In this document: positions 37,849 to 51,879 of the stretch, piece by piece | Numbering within the stretch: position 1 is the first letter of the stretch | Layout of the letters: each line of letters starts with the position of its first letter | Assembly: GCA_001643675.2 (NCBI GenBank) | Contig: LSRY02000069.1 | Coordinates: 62,001-126,000 of the forward strand | Direction: 5' to 3' | DNA from: Monocercomonoides exilis PA203 | Lineage: Eukaryota; Protista; Preaxostyla | Length of the DNA: 64,000 nt | The notes under the pieces: model-generated | What the model saw: the letters and a program-made list of their open reading frames with translations, nothing else | What the model was told of the DNA's origin: nothing | The model's database searches: none | Made by a program: the position numbers and the translations under genes

Positions 37849-39300
37849 ATGGGAGAAATACATTCAAATTTGCATTTAAATTCAAATAATGCAGCTGTTC
37901 AAAAAACCAACATGCAAATGGTTAAGAAAAGAGCTTCAGGCTGGTTATTTATTTAAGTGATAAATTAACATTTTCAAAAATATTTGTTTTTAAGAAATGA
38001 TATATCAGGCAAATCATTTCAAAAGCACTGAACAAGAACAGATTTTTGATGACTTGAGGACTTTGATGGACGAAATGAATAAAGAAAACCATGGAAATAA
38101 ATTTCTTTCGGAAATGTATAATGAAATGAACAAATTGATAGAGAAAAGAAAAATGAGATTGGATAATATGCTTCAGTTGTTGAAGCATTTAGGATATTAC
38201 ATTGTATTGAGAAATATGTGGAGTAAAAGTTTTCAAAATTCTTTATTGTGCAAAAGATTTGAGAAGATGATTACTGATGAAGAACAGAAAAAAGAAGAAA
38301 AGAACGAAAAATTGTTAATTGATCTTAGTGAATGTTATTTTTTGAATTATAATGATATTTTGCCAGAAGAAATTCTTACGATTTGTTCACGTTGCCTTCT
38401 AAAAAATGCTTTGATTAAAGAAGAAAGTGAGAGTACACAAAAAGAAGCGGAAGCAGCATTACTTTCTTTGAGTAACATGCATTATCTTCAAGTTAGGACT
38501 GTATGAGCTTTTAAATAGAAATTTGCTAATATTTATGAGAACTTTTAATTGTGCAATAGTTTGTTGGTAGTTCTTTTCATTTCAGAGAAATTTCGGAAAT
38601 TATCAAATGTCATCAACTGAATCATAATCTAACACATCTCGGATATCAATCTGCTTTGTCATTATTATTCTGTAATTTTTATGAAGGCAAAGAATTTGCA
38701 AGCGAAGATCTAGAAAATTTGCATTTTTTTCAAGAAGTAATAAGAGAATTGAAAGAGCTCATAAATTATGTGAATTGGAAGAAAAAAGAAAGGAAAGAAA
38801 AAGAAAAGAATGAAGTGTGGATTATAAAAAGATGGCTGAGGTTGCTTTTGAAATACTTTAATGAAGTATACTTGAGAGAAGAAAATGAAGGATTGATTGA
38901 GTGCATTGTGAAGTTGTGTGATGTGTCAAATGAGAATCATAGAGATATTAGAAACAATTGCATTTGCCTCATCGGAAGTATAATGCGAGTGGCTTATGTG
39001 GATGCAGAATATTTGCTGAGATGCAGAGCTGTTGATGTCATTTTTGAAGACATTCATCAAACAGTATTACATTTTGATATTTGCTATCAATGCCTGAAAA
39101 TTTTACTCGTAATTACAAATAGATTGAACGAAAAGACGAAAGACGAAAAATTGGAACATAAACAAAAAATAATAAAAAGAGAAATATACGAAAAGTTTGA
39201 AGAAGAAGGATATGATGATATTTCTTTGAGTTTTTATGGAATTTCAAAAAAGATGCATTCTTTTACAAATGCAATCATTGATAATGTGTTTCAACACTAG
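37849..39300 (+). CDS. Hypothetical protein of the expanded lineage-specific helical family
   Basis: ORFs 37997-38506 and 38656-39300; EEKNEKLLIDLSECY, KEAEAALLSLS, NLTHLGYQSA and FEEEGYDD. The first exon is uncertain. Confidence 0.7.
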
Positions 39301-39624
39301 ATTATCATTAATAATCAATTGAACCTCTTTAAACGATCAAATGAATCCACTTATTGCATAACACGACATTTTGACAAAATCTATCTGAATTTCTTCTATT
39401 ACTGATCACAAAGTTTTTTTTTCTTTTAATCCAAAAGATAGGTGCTAATTTTTAATGTTTCATGAACAAATTTTTATGTCTAATAATCGTCTCAATTGCA
39501 AATAAAAAGATTATCAACCACATTCATTTTATTAAAAAAATTTTTTTTTATTAAAATATTATTAGTGTTTTTAAAAATTAAACTTATAATTTTACTGTTT
39601 AGTCCAAAAATTAATAAATACAAA

Positions 39625-41110
39625 TCATTTCAGATTCACCCAAAATAGAATACTCCTAATTTTTTGAACCAGGCTGCTTCGCAGGAAATACGGAACTTTC
39701 AAATATAACTCTGCATAACAGCAATCACACGCGCCTTCATTTTCCATTTCTTCGCGAAGAATGTTATTAAATATTGCCTTTGTTCCTGATTTACCGCGAG
39801 TCAGGTGAAAAGGATTCTCAAATATTATTAACAGCAATTGGCTCCAAAAGGTGTTTGTGTCTATTGGTGTAATACAGGGAAATAGGTTGCACTCACACTT
39901 AAGAATGGCTCTTAAAAAACAAGATTCACTCAAAATGGCAGGTGCTAAAATGCTTCCACTGTTAACAATACTTTCAAATAAAGAGATAGCATTTATTTGA
40001 GTTGCACTTGTGAGGTAAAACGGATGCTCAACAAAACTAGCAATGCTAGATAATAAAGATTGCTTTTTTAGTAGCTCTTTTATCAAAGATGGTGATATTT
40101 TCAGCAACGAAGATAACAAAGACAACCATTCGTCCAAAATCCATTTTAACTTGTTTTCTATCCAATTTTCTGTATCTTTAAGTTTGAATTGAGCAAGTGA
40201 CAATTTAATTTCATCTAGCTTCATTTCCATCACTTGAAACAGTTCAATATTTCCAGCAATTTTTCTCATTAACTTTTTCTGATCCTTCAACATTTGAGAT
40301 AGCACATGTAGATATTCAACTAAAATTGCATTTTTCATGTTCAATGAACTAAGATGATGAGAAATATGAATCATATATTTTGGCAATGCTGGCGTACAAA
40401 AAATCGTGTTATCTAGATTGAAAAAATATCACCATTTACAGGTATAAATATCAAAAAAAAGTTGCCATTTTATGAGGGCGTGCACAATGTTATTGAAGTT
40501 CATACAATCAAATTCTGCAACGCGCAATGATAATAAAGCATCTTCGAGCCTTTCTTTCTCAAGTTCACTTTCGCATGACAGCTGTATTTCCATTTTAAGA
40601 ACATTCATCATTGCATTAAATTGAGATTGATCTTGCACAAAAAATCCAGGGCCATATAGTAATATCATCGTTTCTAACAGAAGAGCCGCTTTTTCTTGCA
40701 ACCCAAGATTTTTTGAAATTCCCAAAAAATCACCAAAGTTTTTCCAAACAGCCAAAAATAAGTTATGCAGTATGTCAATATAAACTTTACTAAATGAAGT
40801 TCTATAAAAAATTGCAAGTTTTCCTACATGCTTGAGGAATGGAAGCAAAAGTTGATTTAATCCATTGTTTTTCTTCATAAAGTCGAAAATAATTTTAAAG
40901 CAATAATTATTCATTGATTCTTCAAAATATATTTTCGAAATATCATTTGCAGCTTCAATAAGATCCAGAATAATTCTTTTTTGATCTTTTTTCGGAGCAT
41001 GCTTCAATCTCTTCAATTGTTCTTTAAAAATATTAAAATATAATAAACTAATAATCTATACCTTCCAAAAAACAATAAAAATTTAAGTTTTTGCAATGCT
41101 TTCCTTTCAT
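39625..41110 (-). CDS. Hypothetical protein, distant member of the same helical family (3 exons)
   Basis: Exon 1 MKGKHCKNLNFYCFLE splices to EQLKRLKH; ORFs 40429-41016 and 39625-40386; RLEDALLSLR and EMENEGACD motifs. Confidence 0.65.
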
Positions 41111-41238
41111 ACATCCCGAGCAAATAAGCGATCATAAATATATTTAAAATAATTGGTTGAAACAATTTTTTTGTTATTTGATTATGATTATATTTTTTTC
41201 ATTATCCTAAATGATTTATCCACATATAAGCATTCGAA

Positions 41239-43053
41239 GGCAAGTCACAACTTTAAGTAACATTCAGAAACTCGTTTTTTTTCGGATTTTTTGTGATAGA
41301 ATGATTTAACATCAAAAAATAAAACATTCTAGGGGTGAATTTTCCATTTTAAGAATACTTTTTTTCGATAAAAAAAATCAAATTTTCGAAAATATTATGG
41401 TTATGATCAAACAAATATCTAATAATTTAAATAAAAATCAACTTTTTAAAAGAATTATTTTCATAAATTTTATATAATTCTTAGCTTTCTTTTTTTATTA
41501 TATAAAAAGAAAATAACATAAGTTCTCAATTCATTTTTATATTTATTTTTTTCTCATTTCATCTTGTGCAATTATTGAAACACACGTTTTTTGTGTGTGA
41601 AAAAGTGATTTATAGATTAAAACCCTAACCCTATTAATAAAAATATGTACAAAAATAAAACGCAAACCTTTAAACCTAATATTTCGATTCGAAGGAAAAC
41701 CCTAAAGCAGAACGAAACCCAAGAAGTTCATTTTCACTACACCATTTATTATTCAATATTGTTAAACTAATTATTCGAAATTAATAAACTTATTATTCGA
41801 AATTAGTAAACTTCTTATTCAAAATTAATAAAATTCGGTATTTTTTATAAAAAAATTTTTTGATATAATATGATCACTGGCCGATTGTCAGAAAGTGATT
41901 AAAAAGTTTTGTTTTTTCATTATTCTTAAAAAGGATGAAAATTGAACCTTAATTTTTATTATATGTGAATAAATTAGAAAAATTTTGATATTTCAGAAAA
42001 AAAATTATCATCCTTGAAATCGAATAATTTTCAAATGAATTCACCTCACATCGATAAATATTGCAAAATTCAATCAAATAAAGTTCTTGAAATTTAAATT
42101 TACTCAGATGAACAATAAAAAACAATTAAAGATTTTCTAAAGTGTATTTGCAGATTTATTCAGTTCCGAAAAATATTAGTATTTTGTTTGAAAAACTGAT
42201 GCGAATAACTTTTCTTGATTGAATTTTGCAATATTTATCGATGTGAGGTGAATTCATTTGAAAATTATTCGATTTCAAGGATGATAATTTTTTTTCTGAA
42301 ATATCAAAATTTTTCTAATTTATTCACATATAATAAAAATTAAGGTTCAATTTTCATCCTTTTTAAGAATAATGAAAAAACAAAACTTTTTAATCACTTT
42401 CTGACAATCGGCCAGTGATCATATTATATCAAAAAATTTTTTTATAAAAAATACCGAATTTTATTAATTTTGAATAAGAAGTTTACTAATTTCGAATAAT
42501 AAGTTTATTAATTTCGAATAATTAGTTTAACAATATTGAATAATAAATGGTGTAGTGAAAATGAACTTCTTGGGTTTCGTTCTGCTTTAGGGTTTTCCTT
42601 CGAATCGAAATATTAGGTTTAAAGGTTTGCGTTTTATTTTTGTACATATTTTTATTAATAGGGTTAGGGTTTTAATCTATAAATCACTTTTTCACACACA
42701 AAAAACGTGTGTTTCAATAATTGCACAAGATGAAATGAGAAAAAAATAAATATAAAAATGAATTGAGAACTTATGTTATTTTCTTTTTATATAATAAAAA
42801 AAGAAAGCTAAGAATTATATAAAATTTATGAAAATAATTCTTTTAAAAAGTTGATTTTTATTTAAATTATTAGATATTTGTTTGATCATAACCATAATAT
42901 TTTCGAAAATTTGATTTTTTTTATCGAAAAAAAGTATTCTTAAAATGGAAAATTCACCCCTAGAATGTTTTATTTTTTGATGTTAAATCATTCTATCACA
43001 AAAAATCCGAAAAAAAACGAGTTTCTGAATGTTACTTAAAGTTGTGACTTGCC
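41239..43053. mobile_element. Foldback-type DNA transposon: 839 bp inverted arms, 137 bp spacer, 8 bp TSD
   Basis: 41239-42077 is the reverse complement of 42215-43053 (equal length, identical at all spots checked). Termini GGCAAG...CTTGCC; CATTCGAA is duplicated at 41231-41238 and 43054-43061; no ORF. Confidence 0.92.
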
Positions 43054-43212
43054 CATTCGAAAATAACCAACAAATAATATATTTATAAAAATTTTTTTTT
43101 CGAAATTGCATCTTGAACACATCGAAAAAGAGTTGTGTTATGGTTATTTTTTCTGTAAAAAATGCATTCAAAAGAGAAACTTGGAATAGCGAAATTCGAA
43201 ATATGCTTATTT

Positions 43213-46200
43213 ATTTGTGAATATTTGATGAATTGTGAAATAAAAAAAAATTTCAAAAATTTTGGGTTATCTTGAAATTACCCAATAATTTTGAAATTGT
43301 CTATGGAAATTTTGAATTTTTTGGGGAATTTTGCAATAACTCAGGTGGACAAGTTTTTTCTGTGAAAAAATATATTATGTTTATACATGAAGTTTTCAAA
43401 ACATTTTATCGAAAAATACGCTTATGTTTTTTAAATTAAAATAAATTGAAAAGACTAATAAAAGATATTTTTTTGTGATTATTAAAGATAATTCAAATAA
43501 AACCTTTTTTCACTACTGTTTTTTGATAAACAATTGGGATAAAATCACAATAAACGATATTCAATACAATTTCAAATATTTTTTTGCGGGATTTCTTTAA
43601 AAAAAAATTTGACAAAGAAATTTTTAAAAAAAAAAAGATCTCATTGATGTATTTCAACAGCACAGCGTCTTTTCTGCAATTTCTCAAAGTTTTTGCAACA
43701 ATAAAAACAGCTGTTTCCCTTCATTTGTCTTCAAGCTTCAGGAACAGCATTATTTCCTCTTTCTTTATATTTTTTCTTCTCTTCTTTTTTATTTCTTGCA
43801 AAATATCCATTCAAAACAATTCTTCGGACATTGCCTCATAATCATCATTGATAAAAAATAATTTTCTGATGCCACCATTTTTCCACATCCATTTGCTCTT
43901 TATTCAAGCAAAACTCATTTTCATCATATTTCTATCCATTGAGCATGTTTAGTCCAAAATAAGTAATATGAATATTTGTAACAAAATACATTCAGGCTCT
44001 GATATATATGAAAGGAAATGTTTGTCTCTCTTCTTCGCTGTTCTCCTCTGCTTAGAATTTATTGATTTTAAATATTAATCGTCTGAATCACGACTTTGGA
44101 GAAAATTCATATAATAATGTCTTTGCAATCAATAGAACAATGTAAAATACATACATTAAAAATTCTGCATTTCCATCGAAAATATTGTTGCTCCCCAGCA
44201 TTCCATCAATCAAAACGCACAATTTCATCTTCCATCAAACAGATATCGTTTTTGTAATACCCAACCTTTTCACTGGAAATATTTCACTTGGTCAACCTGT
44301 TTTTGTTTTAGCTTCGGAATCTGACCCCGTTGAAAGTTTCTGAGCATTTGACATTGCTTGATCATGTTCCATAACGAATAAGAGCAACAAAAGAAAAGGG
44401 GCACAACTCGATGTGTCGTGGCTGAATGGGTACATGGAAACAATGTGATAATAAAAGAATAGATTGATGGTGTGGGGTGATGGAGTTGAGAGTTTGGAGG
44501 AGTCAGGGTTTTAAAGGAGAATGGAACTATAAAAGAATGTTTTTTTAGAGGGGAGAGAAAGAGGCATTTTTGTGTGTTTAAGAGGCAAAACGGATGTGCG
44601 GGGGATGGATATGGATGAGGTTTGGAGGGGTTGTTTTTTTGATTTTTGTGAGTTGGAAGGAGTTGGAGTTGCGTTTATTATTTGAGAAAAGGAATTTGTT
44701 GTGAAGGAGGTGGTTTGAGGAGGGAATGGAGGAGTGGAAAATGCGTGAAGCGAATGGAATATGCTTATCGGAGGGGAGGATGAGAGATGGATTGGAAATG
44801 GAGAAGAAATGGAAAAGGGATTGTTTTTTTTTTCAAATGTAGGGAGAGAGAGGATGCATATGAGGTGGAGCTGGAGGGAGAGTATTTGTGGGCTTATGTT
44901 TGATAAGAAAGAGAAGTGGGATTGAAGAAAAAAAAGTGAGAGAGATTTTGTTATCTTTTTTTATTTTTTATTGAAAGGACAGTTTGGCCGCGCCAGGCAT
45001 TTGCAGGGCAAGTGTTGGAGGCGGAAGCGTAGGAAGATGAGAAGAAGGAACATCAGGCGCAACACTTTGCAGTGAGGGTGTGGAGATGGTTCGCGACAGG
45101 GATGGATCGAGATGAGGTGCTGACGATGAGAGGGTGTCTTGCACCAAAGAGAGGCAAAATATGGAGATTTGTTTATTTTTTATTTTATTTGAAAGAGGAC
45201 GATGGAAAATGAAGTGAAATAGATTTTGCATCGTTTGTGGAAGAGATGGAGGATGCGTGGCGGAGAGGCGTTGATATTTTGGAGGAAATGGAGAGAAGAA
45301 AACGATGCAGTGGTGGGGGATGGGAAGAGATTCTTCAGATGGAATCTTCTTTTGAAACAGTTATTTTTAATAGAATGGAGTTTGTGAAGTTATTCAAGTG
45401 GAAGCAGAACAGAGGATTAGGCTTTGATGTATTTTTTTGGAAGGCAGAAAGGAGGCGATGAAATTTACATTGTAATTAACAAGAGAAATGGATCAAAATA
45501 ATTTTGAAGATAAAAAGTTAAAATACATTGAGAAGAAGAATATGAGGAAAACGAAGAAACAATAAGATTTGCAAAAAGCTTTGAATAGTGTTAATATTGA
45601 ATATAAAGTTGTATTATGAATATGCTTTATCAAAATCTAACTTGATTTTCTTTTTCGGTTTTTTTGCCTTATTTTACAAGCAACAGGAACATTTTTTTTC
45701 TCCAGGAAATATTCATTATTGCGCATAAAATCAATATTTGAAACATTTTTGATTTCTTTTTTGCTCTCTTCATTTATTTTTGATGTTTTTTAAGGAAAGT
45801 GCAATTCAGCAATTCTTGAACATTTAAAATTGTAAATTTGAAATGTTTTGTATAATAACAATCATTTATTGTTCATGGAAACATTTCAATAATCGTATTA
45901 AACAAAAAATATTGTTATTTTTTCTTTTCGGTTATCACAAAAATACGAAAAATGATTTATATCGCATAATTTGTTGGTGAATGTTCAGAAAATTATTCAT
46001 AAAATATTCTATAAATAGATGAGATAAATTAACAACTATTTTTGAGTGCCACAATTTTTAGGAGAAAAATACAGATCTTCCCACAATTCAATTAAACTTG
46101 AAATTTGTTGGTGAAACTTAAAATAACTACCTTATTTTCAATTTTTCTGAAAAATTTCAAAATTACTTGATTATTTCAAAATAACATATACGAATTTCAA

Positions 46201-46252
46201 ATTTTTTCAAAAATTTCACAATTACACAAAAATTGTGCAATTCATCTATTTA
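43213..46252 (-). mobile_element. Probable decayed Mutator-like (MULE) transposon
   Basis: Degenerate inverted repeats at about 43230-43320 and 46140-46230; ATGCTTATTT direct repeat at 43203-43212 and 46253-46262. Broken minus-strand frames give SDKH...SSNH, RYG..SN..SETFNGV and a SWIM-like WNAGEQQYFRWKCR. Confidence 0.4.
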
Positions 46253-46649
46253 ATGCTTATTTGATACAGTTGGTTTTATGAATAATAAGAAAGAATAGTT
46301 TGCTGCACAAATTATTATTATATTTTTAATTTATTCACTATAATAACAAAACTTTTTTAATTTTTTTAAACCAAAATTTTAAAACGAATGAAAAGAAAAA
46401 ATATATTATTTTTTAAGATTGGAAAAACGTTTTTTTTAAGCAAGTTTACATTTTCCATGATCATGCTCAATATTTTAAGTAATGTTTCAAAACACATCAA
46501 ACAACCATTCCCTTACAGTTCGCTTTTGGAAATTTATAAATGATTATGCTTTTAAAGAAGCTTTCGTTGGACAAAAGCCGTGTGAACACAATCAGAAATT
46601 TGTTTGTTCTTTCATATTTTTGTTTTTTGTGTGAGCAATTTTTGTGTTT

Positions 46650-49600
46650 CCATCAGCACTGAGGATGAAAATAAACAAAAATGAATAAAAATTGGATATC
46701 TCATTATGAAGGATGAGCATCGAGTTGGGTGAGCAAATTCATATGGAAAGTGTGGATGATAAAGGGATTGGGAAGGAAATAGGAGATATTATTTTTTGAA
46801 GAAAAACAATCTGTTTTGATGGATAATGAGAGTGGAATTGAAAGGAAATCATAAATTTCACATTTCCCCCAAGAAGAACAAGAAATCGATGCATTTGATG
46901 GAGAAATTACTTCTGGAAAGGATTATTTGCGAATCATATGATGAACCACTTGAAAATGGAAGGAATAATTAATACTTGTTGGAGGAAAACGGATTCTAAC
47001 GAAAAAAAAAAACAGAAAACTGCTTATAAGAATGTTAAGAAGGTTTGTTGATATATTATTTTTTTGAAGTGATTATTTTATTTTTATTCAGAATGTTGAA
47101 AACCCCAGGGATTAGATGACTCTGAAGAAAAAAGAAAATATGATGAAAGTTCACTTAGAAAGAAAGGCAGAAAGGCAGAAAGAGATAGAGATAATAAAAA
47201 TAGGATTTGAATGAACAGCACAGAAAGACAATGGTGGAAGATTGAAAACGGAAATCGAAGAAGACGAAGAAATGAATTTTTTAGCCAACAAACACAGTTA
47301 CAAAATATCTCCGAGCACTTTGAATTGGATGCCAAATAATAAACAATTTGGAGATATATTTTAATTTTGTTCGTCATCTCTGTTCTCACAGGCGGAGAAG
47401 GCAAAAAAATAAATCCTAACAAAAGGATCAATACCCCACTTTCGGTTCAAGCAACAGAAATCATTCTGGTAATTTATATATCGAATATTCATCTGCACCA
47501 ACATTATCTCATCTGATCATTCAATCAATTTACTGTCATGCTCAATGGCAGAGCATCTTTCAGAATTTTAAAAAACAGTGTGCAATTCAACGACTCCTCT
47601 AATTGCAGCAGAAAATTCATTATAGAATATTCTTATTTACAACCAGCCAAATGCGATATCGATACTTCAGTGCAACTGATGCAGCTACATTTACTGAGTT
47701 TATAACCAGAAGCAAATCCAGCTTCTGTACACTCAATTCGACTTCACCATAAGACACATAAACAGAACAGAGTATTTCATTCACAGTGTCTTCTTTCCTT
47801 CCTTATGCTTTGCAATCATCCATCTTTTTTGGATATTATTTTCTGGTTCATCTTTTGCCTTCTGTTTTTGCACAGCCAAAGCACATATTAGGAATTTTCT
47901 ATCAAAAGCTGTCCTTTTGAGCATTGTTCGAAAAAAATGAAGCATTTGAAGATGCTTTTCAGAAATCATATATGAATGCTTCCTCATTCCAATGAATGAA
48001 ATAACAAAGGATTGCAACTAATTTGGAAAGTTTCTTGGAGAAGACAGGCATGTTCTCCAATGATCCGTCAATGTCAGCCGAAAGGAAAGAAAGATTGCCA
48101 TCAGAAATGCCCCTTCCTCTTCTTCCTCTTCTTCCTCTTCTTCCTCTTCTTCCTCTTCTTCCTCTTCTTCCTCTTCTTCCTCTTCTTCCTCTTCTTCCTC
48201 TTCTTCCTCTTCTTCCTCTTCTTCCTCTTCTTCCTCTTCTTCCTCTTCCTTTTCATATTTTTATCTTGAAATTCATCTGCACGTTCTGTAACATCCACTT
48301 TATTATTTGCAATTTAATTGGAATTAAATTCAGTAGCGGAACATTTGAAGCAGATAGTGGAGATTGACTACCAGATGGTATTTGCATCATCATTATCTTC
48401 TTCTTCCCCATCAATCAGATCATTTCAATTACACTTTTCAGACACTTCTTTATGCCATTCATCTTCTAACATTGTTATTCATTTCTCATTTCTCATCCAC
48501 ATCGCCTGAAATCAATTTCTTTCTTTCACTGTTATCGTTATTCGCCTTCTTCATATTCAAGAAACACCTTTTATTCTAATTCTCCGCAACATGCCAGCCA
48601 ACTCACATGAAAGACCTCATTCTGATTTTCCTTCTCTCCACTTTCTCATTCTCCCATCATCATCTTCTTCTTCATCAAAGAAAGCACAAAAATGTTTATC
48701 AACATTTTCCCCTTCATCTTCTTTGAGATTAAACACTTTATCAAAATCAAAATACAACAAACGTATTTTCTTTATCCGCGGAACGGGAAATATTGAAGAA
48801 TGATGAAAAAGTCAAAAGGAGAATTTTTCATTGAATGTTTTAACCTCTTTTCAGAAGTAATTCATTTGCTTTTCTTCGCCTTTTCATGCATTCTTTGTGA
48901 GACAAGAATAAAAGCGTGATAAATGAATGCAATGCTTTTGCATTGTGCTTCCACGAAAATTGACTTCTATTCAACGAATTATGGAGGAATTTCTCATGAA
49001 TCAACCGAGATGAAAGGATGATGAGGAAGACTGGCAATGGAAAGAGGAAAATAAGGACAAGGGTAATTTTGAGCGAGGATGACATGGGAGAGCTCAGCCG
49101 AAACAACAGAACAATCATGAGTGGTTTTCGTCGGTTGATGAGATCTACATTTGCGTGAAAGAAAAGAAACGAAAGAGAAAGAGAACGCGATGAAGAAGAA
49201 GCAGAAAGAAGGGAAAGAAGAGAAAATGCAAATGGAGCACCGCTGGTGGATCATCGTGTTTGGAAGGAAAGCTTGTGAGCAGTTTTTAACTTCTTCTCTA
49301 TTTGATAATACGGGTGAAAGAGGAATGAAGAAGAGAGAGAGAGAGAGAATGGGAGAGAGAAAGAGAGAGAAAACAATTTGAATGAAAATGGAAGAGTTGG
49401 AGATGGAGTGAAATAAATGGAGCAGATCCTTGTTCACAAGAAGAAAAGATTGATGAAATAAACAGAAATACAAAACTTTCTTCGCATTCAACACTTTTGG
49501 CAAACGAAAAAGAAGAAGACGAGGAGGAAGAGAGCAAATCATCCTTTTTGCAAATGGACTAAAACAGAACAATATACAAACAAAAAGAATTCATTGCAAT

Positions 49601-51320
49601 GTTGATGAAATGACTACGATAAGCAGACGAAAGGAAAGAGTTAGCAGAACTCTGCTTGTGCGGAAGAAGGAATTCTGCTGAAAAGGTATAATAATAAAAA
49701 GAAGAAGAAGGCCTTTTTACGATTGCGTTGGAGGAATGATTGGATTAGGAAGAATATGCTGGCGAAAGAGAAGAAGCAGACAAAGATGAAGGTGATGGGG
49801 TATGAGATCACAGATCAAAATCTTGCTTTTCATCAGCAACGATTCTAAGAAAACAATTGTCGTCATCATCTTCACCATGAGGGCTTATTCTGACAACATC
49901 TTCACATTTATCACGATCACTTTGGTTGCAATTTCTGTTTCTATCATCATGCACATGCATTAATTCTTAATTCCTCTTTCTCAACATCATTGGTTTCTGA
50001 ACAATCAATGTCGAATTCACTTTCTGGTAAATGTTTTTGCATTTCATCTGTGCTTTCTCCATTGTTCGTCTTTTGAATGACATTATTGCGAAATTCACTT
50101 TTCCGTCTATGAAGAATCTCGATTTTCTGACTGATTGAATCTCTTTCCTTTTGAATTCTTCATTTTTGGAGTGTGTTGTTAAAGGAAGAAAAAGAGAAAC
50201 AAGAAAAATAGGAAGAAGAGGGATGAGTGAGAATCTTTCGAGACAGCAACATCAAAAAGTTTGAGGAAGAGAAAGAAGAAAGGAAGGAAGAAAAGGGATA
50301 GAAGACAAAGAGAGAAGGAGGTCGATATTAAAACAGAGCAATGAAGAGGAGATGCCCAACAGAAGTTGATTGGCAAGAAAGAAGGAACAAATAGAAAGGA
50401 GAATTTCCAATGAAGATATTCCAGGGCAGAATTTAGTGTTGGAAGAAAGTTCTTGAAAGAAATGCAGTTGGTGAATAGAAATACATTGAAAGCCAACTAG
50501 TTTTGAGGCACTGAAATGCAGGAGAAAGAATGCGAAAGAGAATGAAAATGGTAAAGATGATTGAACAACATTTTTGGAGGATAAAAGAAGGCAAATAAGA
50601 AGATCTTTTCATAAATCGAAGTCTAATATTTCCATCGCAACAATTTACCTCATTTACTCCGCTCTTTTTTGCTCGACTCCTCACTGACCCCATTTTCTTC
50701 TTCCTCTTCCTCATTTTCTTCTTCTTCTCTCTTTCAAAAGAAAGAAACAGTTCAATCAAAACCTTTTCCTCTGAATATTTCTGCCTTTTTACCTTCTCTC
50801 AGAGAAACATTTGAAACTGTGGCATTTCTGCCTATCGGAGATTCAATTGGAGAGTAAAATTTGTAGTGGGAATTTCTTCATCTTCCTCTTCTTCTTCATT
50901 TTCTTTCCCTCTTCTTCCTCTTCTTCTTCAATCACAAACAACAGTTACGCTAACAACAACAGTTGCTCAGACGATGGCACATCGAAGAAAAATGCACTGC
51001 CAGCAACAGACCCATCAATGGACGGTGCACCACTTCTCCTCCTCTTCCTCTTCTCCATTCTGTTCTCGAACCTTCTTCTTCCCCTTCTTCATCTCCTCCT
51101 CCTTCTTCATCTCCTTCTCTTTCGTCTTCGCTTCTTCTTTCCCTTTCTTCATCTTATTTTCCTGAAATGTCATATATTCCGCCTTCCTCGCCCTGCTTAT
51201 AATCACATGCTGGGACAGCAAAACCTTTGCCTCTCTGCAATAGTTCGTCCATTTCACATTCTTCTTCATCTTCTTCTTCTCCTTCTTCTTCTCCTCCATT
51301 TCCTTCTTTTTAATGGAAAA
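46650..51320. pseudogene. Degraded coding-like DNA (fragmentary pseudogenes)
   Basis: Codon-like GAA/TCT-rich composition with frequent stops and frameshifts; only short low-complexity ORFs; no recognisable domain. Confidence 0.4.
48113..48250. repeat. (CTTCCTCTT)n tandem repeat, about 15 copies
   Basis: Perfect 9 bp unit; reads as poly-Glu (GAG GAA GAA) on the minus strand. Confidence 0.95.
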
Positions 51321-51879
51321 TAAATTGATAGAAGACAATATTTCCCAATGTTTATAAGAAAATTTTTCTTTCAAAATATTGTTTGAAAGGAATTGAATGA
51401 GATAAGAAAAATGAGATTGAAGAGGAAGAATAAGGAAAAGAAAAAGGTTACGACGAGATGAAAACGCTGATGAAAATATTGTTTTGAAAATTTGATGATT
51501 GATCACATCCAATATCCGCCAAAAGATTGGAGCACATTGTTTATCTCCATCATTTTCCATTCAGAATTTGTTTTCAAAGCGCTGAAGAAACAGATGATGA
51601 TGAATTATTGCGAAATATGACTTTTTCTCCATCTTCAATGTCATTGCCTTGTGTAGCTTCATCCCTCATTATCTATCTACAAGCACACGCTCCCCTTCTT
51701 TTTTCATTGCCATCGACTGCACAACCTCCGCAGCTGCAGCCCCACCATCCCTTCCAGCAGCCGCACCAACTGGAACAGCGCCTGCACCCTTCTCAAATTT
51801 CCACCGCTAACTGCACAGTCTCAACTCGTTACTTTGGCCCAATTCCTACCCCCGCTTCCTTCGATAATGTATAAAGCTC

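Noticed and set aside
41763-41828. 22 bp repeats as a possible CRISPR array
   Set aside because: Contiguous tandem copies with no spacers, no cas genes, eukaryotic context.
48012-48367. ORFs encoding (LPL)n, (FLF)n and (KRK)n
   Set aside because: Translations of the 9 bp tandem repeat.
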